IMG/VR virus record: IMGVR_UViG_3300044609_000721
DNA from: a virus
Direction: 5' to 3' (one strand)
DNA: 64,000 nt
The notes under the pieces were generated by a model, which saw nothing but the letters and a program-made list of their open reading frames with translations, ran no database searches and had not been told where the DNA came from. Positions 16,928-25,448 of the stretch are shown here, piece after piece (the first letter of the stretch is position 1; the number at the start of each line of letters is the position of its first letter). Made by a program: the position numbers and the translations under genes.

Positions 16928-17806
16928 TCAGAACTTAAAGCCAAGACCCGTGGTGAACACGGGGGAATAAGTTCCGTTAGTAGCACCATAACTGTTAGCA
17001 GCATTGGTGGTAGGGAACTTCAGATCAGCGAAACCAACCAAAGAGTTGGTCAGACGACCTTCAACACCCAGAGCAAGCACAACTTGACCACGATCACCCA
17101 CAGCGGACTGATAGTTAACTTGTGCATCATTCACGAAAGGAACTTGATAACCAACACCAGTGTAGATGTTAGCACGACTCACACCAGAAGCGGCGCGAGA
17201 GATACTCCAATCGTAGGAGAGCAGAGCACCACCAGCAGTGCCAATGTTACCAGAGGGACCAGCAGCGGCATTCAGGTAGGGGCGGATAGACACAGCATTT
17301 TGGTTGCTGAAAGTCTTAGCAGCATAACGAGCTTGCAGAGTAGCACCAGAGATAGTGCGATCAGCAGTATAACCGTTACCAGCAACACCTTGCTTATTCA
17401 GCAGAACACCAGCACCGAGATAGTTACCCACGCCTTGTGCTTTCTGGGCAGCAGCGGTTTCAAGGGCACCCACACGGGCGTTGGTGGCACCGATCTCCTT
17501 AGCGAACTCAGCACGCAGAGCGGCAGCGAGAGCGGCGTCAGCGGCGGTCTGGAACTCGCTGATGCGGTCCAGACAAGCATTCGTCAGAGCGGCAAGTTCA
17601 GCACGGGTAGCGGGTTGGCCAGGTTGGAAGGTGCGGTTAGGATAACCAGCAACACAACCATAGCGTTCCACCAGATTAGTGATCGCTTGATAGGACCACT
17701 GAGTAGGTTGAACATCACTCAGTTGCTTCACACTGGTGACTTGTGCCATAGCAGGAGCAGCAGTGGCGGCAACTGCAGCGGCAGCAATAAAGGAACGAAT
17801 CATCAT
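16928..17806 (-). CDS. Cyanobacterial-type outer-membrane protein: signal peptide, SLH domain and short beta-barrel (porin-like)
   Basis: MMIRSFIAAAAVAATAAPAMA signal peptide. QVTSVKQLSDVQPTQWSYQAITNLVERYGCVAGYP...NACLDRI matches the SomA/SomB-type SLH N-terminus. Ends in GLGFKF. Start reassigned to 17806 (292 aa). Confidence 0.85.
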   Translation of the reverse strand: MMIRSFIAAAAVAATAAPAMAQVTSVKQLSDVQPTQWSYQAITNLVERYGCVAGYPNRTFQPGQPATRAELAALTNACLDRISEFQTAADAALAAALRAEFAKEIGATNARVGALETAAAQKAQGVGNYLGAGVLLNKQGVAGNGYTADRTISGATLQARYAAKTFSNQNAVSIRPYLNAAAGPSGNIGTAGGALLSYDWSISRAASGVSRANIYTGVGYQVPFVNDAQVNYQSAVGDRGQVVLALGVEGRLTNSLVGFADLKFPTTNAANSYGATNGTYSPVFTTGLGFKF

Positions 17807-17867
17807 AGTTTTGTTTTTCAATAAAGGACTTGTGTTAGATCTACCCAAGGGAGGATTAACCTCCCAC

Positions 17868-17896
17868 AGTATATCAGAAAGGAGATGCTTCGTCAA
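17868..17896 (-). promoter_or_regulatory. Sigma70 promoter for the SLH-barrel gene, followed by a 5' hairpin (17849-17865)
   Basis: TTGACG-aagcatctcctttctga(17)-TATACT; GGGAGG-N5-CCTCCC hairpin. Confidence 0.75.
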
Positions 17897-18965
17897 CCGT
17901 GATTTCGGGTTCGGTAGTTTCAGCATTCTCATCAACCTTGGAATAGAGTTCCAGGAAAGATTGTTTGGTGTCAGTGTCAAAACGATTAACACACACCTCA
18001 ATCGCTTTTTTACGCTTGCCGAAGATCTTATATGCACTGGCAATATGAACCAGTCGGCGGGTGCTGATAATTTCATCAACACCACCATCATAGAAGGTCT
18101 TACGAATTACCTGTGCCCACTTCACAAGTTTCTCGGCAAACTCATCATCTTGACCCTCAAGTGCTTTCTGGAGGATCTTGATTTCAGTTTTTTCAGTGGG
18201 ATATTCCTGCTCAAAGGTCACAGGGAAACGCTCAAGGAACGCTTCATTCAGAACGTTTGTGCCAATAAAACGGCCGTCATCGGAACCCTTACCTTTTGTG
18301 TTGGCAGTGGCAATAATGGTGAACCCAGGAGCAGGAACAATATACTCACCAGTCTTCTTCAGATAAAGACCTTTACCCTCAAGAATAGACTGGAGACACA
18401 TGATCTTGTTAGAAGCAAGGTCAATTTCATCCAGAAGCAAAACCCCACCACGGCGAAGTGCTTCAATCACAGGACCGTTGTGCCATACAGTTTCACCGTT
18501 CATCAGACGGAAACCACCGATAAGATCATCCTCATCAGTTTCAATGGTGATGTTGACACGAATCAGTTCACGCTTCAGTTGAGCACATGCTTGCTCCACA
18601 CCGAAAGTTTTACCGTTACCAGACAGACCAGTGATGAACACAGGATAGAACTGCTTAGACTGAATGACTTTCTTCAGATCAGAAAAATTCCCGAACGAGA
18701 CAAAATCAGCATTCTTAGCAGGAATATAGGACATTTGTTCCCGAACGGGTTCAACAGCAGGGGCGGCAGAAGGAGCAGCAAAAGTATCTTCCAGTTGCTC
18801 AATCGTCAGTTTCCACTTTCCACGACCAACTTTATATTGCTCCAATTTCTTGGTAATGGTTTGGTAAGTCATGCCGACCTCAGTAGAATAATTACGGAGA
18901 TCAGCAGCGGAAAGTTCAGTCCCGTAGCGAGAAGTAAGATCAGAGAGATTCATGTGTTTTGCCAT
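17874..18965 (-). CDS. cobS: CobS-like / MoxR-family AAA+ ATPase
   Basis: GLSGNGKT, LLDEID, ATANTKGKGSDDGRF.G...LNEAFLERF. Confidence 0.9.
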   Translation of the reverse strand: MAKHMNLSDLTSRYGTELSAADLRNYSTEVGMTYQTITKKLEQYKVGRGKWKLTIEQLEDTFAAPSAAPAVEPVREQMSYIPAKNADFVSFGNFSDLKKVIQSKQFYPVFITGLSGNGKTFGVEQACAQLKRELIRVNITIETDEDDLIGGFRLMNGETVWHNGPVIEALRRGGVLLLDEIDLASNKIMCLQSILEGKGLYLKKTGEYIVPAPGFTIIATANTKGKGSDDGRFIGTNVLNEAFLERFPVTFEQEYPTEKTEIKILQKALEGQDDEFAEKLVKWAQVIRKTFYDGGVDEIISTRRLVHIASAYKIFGKRKKAIEVCVNRFDTDTKQSFLELYSKVDENAETTEPEITVDEASPF

Positions 18966-19009
18966 AACGAGGTTGGACTGGAGGGGTGGGGTCCGTTGCT
19001 TACCTAGTA

Positions 19010-19038
19010 ATTATAGGGCATTGGACCCCCAGGGTCAA
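19010..19038 (-). promoter_or_regulatory. Sigma70 promoter for the cobS-like gene (twin of 21187-21215)
   Basis: TTGACC-ctgggggtccaatgccc(17)-TATAAT. Confidence 0.85.
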
Positions 19039-21164
19039 GCGATTTGACGGATGAACTTGGATAAGATTAACTTATTGGTCATCTTACTTTTCATATGATC
19101 CTTAAATGCGTTGGAGATTGCACCAGAAGAAGAATTTGATTTCACTTCAATCTCTTTCACAGAATCATCATCGGCAGTTTGATCCCACCAAGGACGATTC
19201 CTTTTAGTAACAGACATCATGTAAAGTTCATCGAAACCACAGTTTTGAATTGCGACTGATTTGTTCTTGTCCCATTCCTTTTCAAGAGTAGGAAGTTTCT
19301 TCGAATCTCCAAAGTAATTCACAAATGATCGCATTTCAGATCGACTGCAAATACGGAATCCCACAATGTTGTAGTCAACAAACCCCTGAAGAAAACTAAC
19401 AAACTCATTAGTGATGTTGCCACTAGCAAGATCCATCTTGCGAGAATAGCGAGTTTTAGGGTCCTGCAGGACATAAACTTTATTGGAATACATCGTTTCA
19501 ATCCTATAATTGGATCGATATTCTGGATATGCTGCTTCACCATCGCTCAGGTAGATTACATTAACCTTCTGAACTTTTTCAATTTGCTTGAAGTGATCCA
19601 CTACTTTAGGAGTAGAAAGAATGGTTTCGGCAAGAGGAGTTCCAGACAAAGCGAAACTATAACAATAATCACCTTGTCCGCGAAATGCTTCTGCTTGATG
19701 CCACAGATATTCCATCTGCTTATCGAGCATTTTAGCATTCATCTTAGAAGAAAGAAACTCCAGAAGTCGGAAGTTAGTATCTACGTGAATAGTATTAGGC
19801 TTAGATTTAATCGGATTGCCAGGTTTAATTGCAGTATTGGTATAGGAATCAGAGAAAGCATAGACACGGAAAGGAATGCTAACTTTCTTACAGAACCAAA
19901 CAAGATCAAAAAGTTGCTTGATTGTTTGCTTCATCTCGTTTGCCATAGAACCAGACCAGTCAAGATAAAATACAAGACCGTGATTCTTACCATCGGGAAT
20001 GGTAGTCACTTTCTTGAACAGATCTTCGCTCCACTTGTAGGTATGAAGTTTCTTAGTATCAAGAACCCCAGTATTGGAAGTGCTAGAACGTTGATACTGA
20101 TCTGCTGCCTTCTTACATTCAAACTCCTTCACAAGATAGTTAACAGTTTTGATACTGTCTTTTTTATACTTGCGGTAAGCACTAAGAACATCCTCATAAA
20201 TTTTAGGAGTCCTTTCCCTCTGAGCAGTAAAGTACTCAGCAAAGATAGAATAAGTCTCACTAAAAGTAATGATGGTCGTACTGAGATCAAAAACAGGAGA
20301 ACTGATATAAGCATACTCCTTAGAAAATTCATCAACAAGATCCTTCAGTTTCTCTGCAAGTGCTTGTGCAGTTTCAGAAGTAAACTCATCAATGATAGGA
20401 GATTTACCTCCAATATCAGTGCTGGAAGTATCAGTCATTTCAACATCACCCCCAGATGCACTATCACCACTATCGTTAGTGGTAGAAGACTGCAGAGAAT
20501 CAGATTGATTCCCAGGCATCGACATAGATTCACCATCATCAGATCCTTCACCCTGACCAGCAGAGGCAGAAGATTGCTGCTGCTCCATCTCATCTGGAGT
20601 TTGTTCTTTCTTCAGTTTAAGATATTCCACAATCTCTTCAGCAAGATTGATGATATCCTCAAAACTTTCAGTCTGAGAGGCTTTGTTGACAAAGACCATT
20701 TCCTCTCGAATAAAAGGAACAATAGTCCGATTACCGAACACACCAACCTTATAATGAATATTGATGCGATCGATCAAAGACATCTTAGAAATATCTTTGC
20801 CTTGGAGTTCAAAGAAGTTCTTCTCATCTAGTTCATTATAACCGCGATAGAAAGACTTAGACAAACCAGGATAACGGCGCTTCATTAGTTTCTCAACCCG
20901 AACATCCTCCAGAACGTTCAGGATGTCCTGAGGAAGAACCTTAGACTGCTCTCCATACTCCATAGGGGTATAGAGGGCGTGACCGACCTCATGACCCACC
21001 AGAAGGTCATATACGTCGCCTGAGACGTTCTTCCAGATGGGAAGGCAGAGGATACGTTTATCCACTTCAAAATAAGCAGTAGGAACCTTTCGGTGCTCCA
21101 CCTGAAGATTCTCGGTTGCCAGCAGTTTGGCGAGAGTGCCCTTGACTTCCTGATTGACCGTCAT
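19035..21164 (-). CDS. HExxH metallopeptidase-like plus VWA (CobT-like) protein
   Basis: HEVGHALYTP...EDVRVE zincin-like motif; YLDWSGSM, SGTPL and YLSDGEA MIDAS elements. Start reassigned to MTVNQEV at 21164. Confidence 0.85.
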   Translation of the reverse strand: MTVNQEVKGTLAKLLATENLQVEHRKVPTAYFEVDKRILCLPIWKNVSGDVYDLLVGHEVGHALYTPMEYGEQSKVLPQDILNVLEDVRVEKLMKRRYPGLSKSFYRGYNELDEKNFFELQGKDISKMSLIDRINIHYKVGVFGNRTIVPFIREEMVFVNKASQTESFEDIINLAEEIVEYLKLKKEQTPDEMEQQQSSASAGQGEGSDDGESMSMPGNQSDSLQSSTTNDSGDSASGGDVEMTDTSSTDIGGKSPIIDEFTSETAQALAEKLKDLVDEFSKEYAYISSPVFDLSTTIITFSETYSIFAEYFTAQRERTPKIYEDVLSAYRKYKKDSIKTVNYLVKEFECKKAADQYQRSSTSNTGVLDTKKLHTYKWSEDLFKKVTTIPDGKNHGLVFYLDWSGSMANEMKQTIKQLFDLVWFCKKVSIPFRVYAFSDSYTNTAIKPGNPIKSKPNTIHVDTNFRLLEFLSSKMNAKMLDKQMEYLWHQAEAFRGQGDYCYSFALSGTPLAETILSTPKVVDHFKQIEKVQKVNVIYLSDGEAAYPEYRSNYRIETMYSNKVYVLQDPKTRYSRKMDLASGNITNEFVSFLQGFVDYNIVGFRICSRSEMRSFVNYFGDSKKLPTLEKEWDKNKSVAIQNCGFDELYMMSVTKRNRPWWDQTADDDSVKEIEVKSNSSSGAISNAFKDHMKSKMTNKLILSKFIRQIA

Positions 21165-21186
21165 GTTCCCCGTTGCGTATGAATAC

Positions 21187-21215
21187 ACTATAGGGCATCG
21201 GACCCCCAGGGTCAA
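21187..21215 (-). promoter_or_regulatory. Sigma70 promoter for the VWA gene
   Basis: TTGACC-ctgggggtccgatgccc(17)-TATAGT; 27/29 identical to 19010-19038. Confidence 0.85.
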
Positions 21216-21244
21216 GGGGTCAATCGATAAACTGTCCTTATGAA

Positions 21245-21317
21245 TGGAGAATAGGAGACTCGAACTCCTGACAGCCTGCTTGCAAAGCAGGTGCTCTACC
21301 AACTGAGCTAATTCCCC
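21245..21317 (-). tRNA. tRNA-Ala (UGC), CCA not encoded
   Basis: GGGGAATTAGCTCAGTTGGTAGAGCACCTGCTTTGCAAGCAGGCTGTCAGGAGTTCGAGTCTCCTATTCTCCA; 73 nt with canonical D and T arms. Confidence 0.95.
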
Positions 21318-21318
21318 A

Positions 21319-21420
21319 GTGACCCCCAGGTTTGTGCATCGTTGAGAGGCATAGGGGGTGTTATTGATGGATTAAGTGTGATATGCCTCAAGGACATTCA
21401 GGGACTTAACCTCTATCGGT
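21319..21420 (-). ncRNA. Putative structured RNA leader of tRNA-Ala (possibly manA-motif-like)
   Basis: Helices TTAAGT/ACTTAA and ACCCCC/GGGGGT, plus a cross-pairing GAGGCATA/TATGCCTC. Begins right after TATAAATA at 21422-21429. Confidence 0.5.
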
Positions 21421-21424
21421 TTAT

Positions 21425-23143
21425 TTATATCTCTTCAACAATTTTGCTGAAGTCGGATATTTTATCGAACCGAATGTTCTTATGGAACTTATCCACAAGA
21501 ATTTCACCTTTGTGAGATATGACGAACGTATTTGTAGAACTATCTAGGTTCTTAAGAATTTTGAGCAACTCCTCAGTTCCTGATGCATCTAAGGAACTGT
21601 CAAACACTTCATCTAGAATCAAAAGGTTAGTGGAAACACTACTCTTCATTCTAGCAATCTCCCTCCAGGTGAAGAGAAGAGCCAAATCGATCTTTTGTTT
21701 TTCCCCCTCCGAAAACGATGCGTATGAAAACTCATCACGGTAGCGAGACTTAATGATCTCATCGAACTCTTCATCAAGAGTAAAGTTAACATAGAAATCC
21801 ATGCTTGTCAAGTACTTGTTGATCAGTTTATTGATCACGGGGATGTACTTCTTAATTACCCTTGCCTTAATGCCGCTATCCTTAAGCAAATTACCAATCA
21901 CTTCATACTCAGTTTTCTGTATGGAAACTGAGGTACAACGTTGTTCAATCTGAGCGAACTCTTCTTGATAAACTTCTAACTTACCCTGCATCTTAGCGAT
22001 GTCGGGAGAATCGGAAAGACGATTGATTTCTTCTGTTAGATGAACAATTGATTTCTCACTCATCCTGATAAGGTTGTTAAGATGCATAATCTTTGCACCA
22101 TTAGACTTTTTAATATCTCTACGTTCTTGGAGAAGAGTGAACTCCCTATCAAGATCTTCGAGTTGCTCTTTCATCTTTGCAAGAGCATCGATATATTGTA
22201 AAGTTTTACCTTGAAGATCGGAAATTTTCCGATCTTTGAATGATTTCTCGATAGTCTGCGTACAAGTTGGGCAGGTGTCGTTGTCATGAAAGAAGTCAAG
22301 ATTCTTTTCAGCATCTGATTTATTGTGACTAATTTTAAACTGCAACTCATGAAGTTTATTCAGTTGCCGTTGGATAGTATCCATCTCTGTTGTATTAGCA
22401 TCAATATCAAGATTCTCTGCTTCCAGCATACTAATCTGCTTTTCCAGATCCAGAATCTCTTTTCTGACCTTAAAAATGTTCTCATTCTTTAGGGCAATTT
22501 CACCTTCATTCGATATTTGCGAATTGCGAATGTACTCTTCCTGCATCTTAACTTTCTCTTCTGCAGACTTGAGTTCATACCCACATTCCCTCTGCTGTTC
22601 CTGAACCTGACGCAAACGATCCTTAAGAAGGATGTTCATCGTAGAGAAGATCTGAATATCCAGAATATCTTCAATCACATCACGACGATGTGCAGGTGTC
22701 AGTTGCATGAATGGAACAAAGGTGGATGATCCAAGAATAACAACTTGAGTAAAACTCTTGAAGTTCATCTTCAGAACATTCTGCTCCAACCACTTCTGTT
22801 GATCGGAAGTTGCGGCGTCCTGATCTAATAGTTTACCATCTCTATAGATTTCAAACTTATTTGGCTTGATGGATCTAGAAACTTTCCACTCAATTTTACC
22901 AATAGTAAATTCAATCTCAACTACACAATCCTTTTCATTGATAGTATTAATCAGTTGAGGTTTATTGATTTTTCGGAATGGTTTATTGAACAAACCAAAG
23001 CAAATAGCATCCAATAGTGTACTCTTTCCAGCACCATTAGTTCCCTGTATTAGAGTAGAAGGACTGCCATTGAGTCTCAGTTCGGTGAAATTATTTCCAG
23101 TAGATAGAAAGTTCTTCCAACGAATAGAATTAAAAATAATCAT
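21425..23143 (-). CDS. gp46: Recombination endonuclease subunit (SbcC/Rad50-like)
   Basis: GTNGAGKST, CPTC hook, FSEGEKQKID signature, LILDEVFD. Confidence 0.96.
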   Translation of the reverse strand: MIIFNSIRWKNFLSTGNNFTELRLNGSPSTLIQGTNGAGKSTLLDAICFGLFNKPFRKINKPQLINTINEKDCVVEIEFTIGKIEWKVSRSIKPNKFEIYRDGKLLDQDAATSDQQKWLEQNVLKMNFKSFTQVVILGSSTFVPFMQLTPAHRRDVIEDILDIQIFSTMNILLKDRLRQVQEQQRECGYELKSAEEKVKMQEEYIRNSQISNEGEIALKNENIFKVRKEILDLEKQISMLEAENLDIDANTTEMDTIQRQLNKLHELQFKISHNKSDAEKNLDFFHDNDTCPTCTQTIEKSFKDRKISDLQGKTLQYIDALAKMKEQLEDLDREFTLLQERRDIKKSNGAKIMHLNNLIRMSEKSIVHLTEEINRLSDSPDIAKMQGKLEVYQEEFAQIEQRCTSVSIQKTEYEVIGNLLKDSGIKARVIKKYIPVINKLINKYLTSMDFYVNFTLDEEFDEIIKSRYRDEFSYASFSEGEKQKIDLALLFTWREIARMKSSVSTNLLILDEVFDSSLDASGTEELLKILKNLDSSTNTFVISHKGEILVDKFHKNIRFDKISDFSKIVEEI

Positions 23144-23391
23144 GATGGTGGGATTACAATATCATCAGGTTCTATGAAGCAGTAATTATATCCATAAACG
23201 GAGCAACTTTGAGTTATTGCTTCTCCATCAACTTCAGTTACTTCCAAAGTTTCATCGAAGTCATCTGCTTCTAAAAGTCCATGGTATCTAACTGCATCAT
23301 CCTCATTCTCAAAAATTTGAACAGTTCTAAGACCGTCCTTATTTCGAACGGCATAGATACCACCATGTTTTTTTGAGACTAGGATGTACAT
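23140..23391 (-). CDS. Small hypothetical protein (DUF3110-like)
   Basis: GGIYAV...FENEDDAVRY...LLEADDF; usual position between gp47 and gp46. Confidence 0.7.
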   Translation of the reverse strand: MYILVSKKHGGIYAVRNKDGLRTVQIFENEDDAVRYHGLLEADDFDETLEVTEVDGEAITQSCSVYGYNYCFIEPDDIVIPPS

Positions 23392-24431
23392 TAGACCTCA
23401 CAAGCTTCTAGGTAAAGAGTTTTGATTGTATTCTTAATAGATTCCTTATTCGTATTATACTCAACCTCATCTATATATTTTTCGAGTAAGGTTAGAGTAT
23501 CTTCGGTTTCTACATCTTCATCAATACCTTCAAACTCCAGTGACAAATCTTCGATAATTTTTAGATCTGCTACACCAGCATCATACAGCATTTTGATGAG
23601 TCTGTCAAACTTAAGTTGATCTTGCTTTTCCTGAACGATCACCTTGACATACTTACCAGATACAGAACTTACATCAATGTATTCTGTCTTATCTTCATAC
23701 ACAATTTTCTCAAACATCGTGTATGGATTTCGGTAAAACTTTGCCTCTAAAGTTTCAGTATCGAATACGTGAAATCCTCTACGAGATTGATAGTCATTCC
23801 AATACAGTTCGTATGGATTACCGAGGTAGTAAACGTTGCCTTTATTGGACTTGGAATGATAGTGACCAGAGAATACCTTATCAAATTTACTGAAAGGATT
23901 CATATCAATACCATGTTCCATCACATGTCCAGGGTGAGCCTCAAAACCGTTAAACTCAAGATGGCCCATGCAGATAGGTGACACAGATTTTTCCAAAAGT
24001 TCATAAGTTCTGGATCTTGTTTCATCACATATCCAAGGGATCCCAAGTACAGACAGATCACCAAGAAGGAATTCAGTAGGGCCATCAATAATCTGAATGT
24101 TGCTGTACTCTCCCAAGAGGAGAGATGGGGCATTAACTCGGAGAGTGTTTTTATAGTAGATGTCATGGTTTCCTACCAACATGGTCATTTGTACTCCCAT
24201 GTCAGCAAGAGGTTGAAACCACATTTGTTTTGCTGCTTCTAGGGAATTGAAGTTGATTGATTTGCGACGATCAAATGTATCCCCAAGACACATCACATGT
24301 TTAATTTTCGATTTTCGAATAAAGGGAATGAGAACATCATTATAAAATTTCTTATAATATTCCACGTACACTGAGGAGTCATTGCGAACACCAAAGTGTT
24401 GATCAGTAATTAAAAGAACTTGCATATTCAA
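23391..24431 (-). CDS. gp47: Recombination endonuclease subunit (SbcD/Mre11-like)
   Basis: DQHFG, LGDTFD, VGNHD, GHLE, SGHYH phosphoesterase motifs. Confidence 0.96.
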   Translation of the reverse strand: MNMQVLLITDQHFGVRNDSSVYVEYYKKFYNDVLIPFIRKSKIKHVMCLGDTFDRRKSINFNSLEAAKQMWFQPLADMGVQMTMLVGNHDIYYKNTLRVNAPSLLLGEYSNIQIIDGPTEFLLGDLSVLGIPWICDETRSRTYELLEKSVSPICMGHLEFNGFEAHPGHVMEHGIDMNPFSKFDKVFSGHYHSKSNKGNVYYLGNPYELYWNDYQSRRGFHVFDTETLEAKFYRNPYTMFEKIVYEDKTEYIDVSSVSGKYVKVIVQEKQDQLKFDRLIKMLYDAGVADLKIIEDLSLEFEGIDEDVETEDTLTLLEKYIDEVEYNTNKESIKNTIKTLYLEACEV

Positions 24432-24895
24432 TACCGAGAACTATACTCAATTTTAGATTTGATTTGATTGTACTGGTTATCAGAATCCGATCCATCCGAA
24501 GTAAATACTTCTTCATATCCAGATCGTTCAATTAACTTCTCTTTAATTTCCATCTGACGTTTTTCTTTTGCAATTCTTCGGAGAAAAGCATAGTACACAA
24601 TTTGTGTGAAATAAGCAAATGGATTGCTTGACTTTTCAGGATCAAAATTATCTACGTATTGAATACAATTTTCAATACCATCACAAATCATATCATCCTT
24701 ATACATGTAGTTAATGAAATTAGGACGATATGATAGGTGAGTTGCGATCTTCAAAAAACATTCGCCAATATAATTATTGACTCTTGGTTTAGGAAGTCCA
24801 GATTCCTTAGCTTTAACAACACTTTGTTTGTAGTTGATAAGAGCACGTAGAAACTCTTTATTGTCTAAGTAGTGTTGTTTTTTCTTTTCGGTCAT
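24428..24895 (-). CDS. gp55: Late transcription sigma factor
   Basis: HYLDNKEF...NFINYMYKDDMICDGIENC...NPFAYFTQ. Confidence 0.96.
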   Translation of the reverse strand: MTEKKKQHYLDNKEFLRALINYKQSVVKAKESGLPKPRVNNYIGECFLKIATHLSYRPNFINYMYKDDMICDGIENCIQYVDNFDPEKSSNPFAYFTQIVYYAFLRRIAKEKRQMEIKEKLIERSGYEEVFTSDGSDSDNQYNQIKSKIEYSSRY

Positions 24896-24916
24896 GTGAC
24901 ATCTTTAGTTTCTAAC

Positions 24917-24945
24917 AGTATATCCTATATGAAGAGTCTTGTCAA
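24917..24945 (-). promoter_or_regulatory. Sigma70 promoter of gp55
   Basis: TTGACA-agactcttcatatagga(17)-TATACT. Confidence 0.85.
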
Positions 24946-24957
24946 GAGGGGGGGTAC

Positions 24958-24986
24958 TTGACAAGACTCGAAAATCCCTATATAAT
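24958..24986 (+). promoter_or_regulatory. Perfect-consensus sigma70 promoter firing antisense into the uvsW region
   Basis: TTGACA-agactcgaaaatcccta(17)-TATAAT. Confidence 0.75.
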
Positions 24987-25013
24987 AACTCTGTCCAGGG
25001 TTCAAAGGTTACT

Positions 25014-25448
25014 TTAGCTCTGTTTAAATATCTTTTCTAGCTTCTTTCTCATCTCATCAACATTACCTTTTAATCCCATTTCGGGATCTAATTTAACTTC
25101 TTTTTCCTTTACTTCATCCTCAAGTGATTTACCTGAGGATGATTTTTTTATGAATATCTCATACATGTGAATCATCTCTGTAGATAATCCAGCAATTGTA
25201 ACTATATCCTTTTCATTAAGTACAAAGAAGTCTTCATCAGAGAATTGTAACCACTTATTCATGGAAACTCCCTTTATCGTATTCTCACCAGAATGACGAG
25301 TGACTACTTCAATTTCAACTGGATCTGAAATGTAAACTTGTGTACTTTCATCTTCTTCCGTAGCAAATCCTTTCCCAATGATCTGCTCACCAGAAACCAA
25401 TTTAACTATAAAGTAATATTCTTCGTCATGTCGGATGTAATTAATCAT
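25014..25448 (-). CDS. Conserved hypothetical protein downstream of uvsW (possible Sm-like fold)
   Basis: FIVKLVSGEQIIG...DPVEI...KWLQFSDE. Confidence 0.75.
   Translation of the reverse strand: MINYIRHDEEYYFIVKLVSGEQIIGKGFATEEDESTQVYISDPVEIEVVTRHSGENTIKGVSMNKWLQFSDEDFFVLNEKDIVTIAGLSTEMIHMYEIFIKKSSSGKSLEDEVKEKEVKLDPEMGLKGNVDEMRKKLEKIFKQS

Noticed and set aside
16915-16944. Possible promoter TTGGCT-N17-TATAAT at the porin gene end
   Set aside because: The -35 is weak and the start site would fall inside the terminator stem; not supportable without TSS data
17874-18965. Reading the cobS-like gene as cobalamin biosynthesis
   Set aside because: No cobN or other cob genes are present, and the partner is a peptidase-VWA fusion; a general MoxR-type role is more parsimonious
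16901-20831. Long plus-strand ORFs (16901-17824, 17736-19007, 19584-20831)
   Set aside because: They are exact antisense shadows of well-supported minus-strand genes. They show no recognisable motifs, RBS or promoters, and long open antisense frames are expected from biased codon usage.
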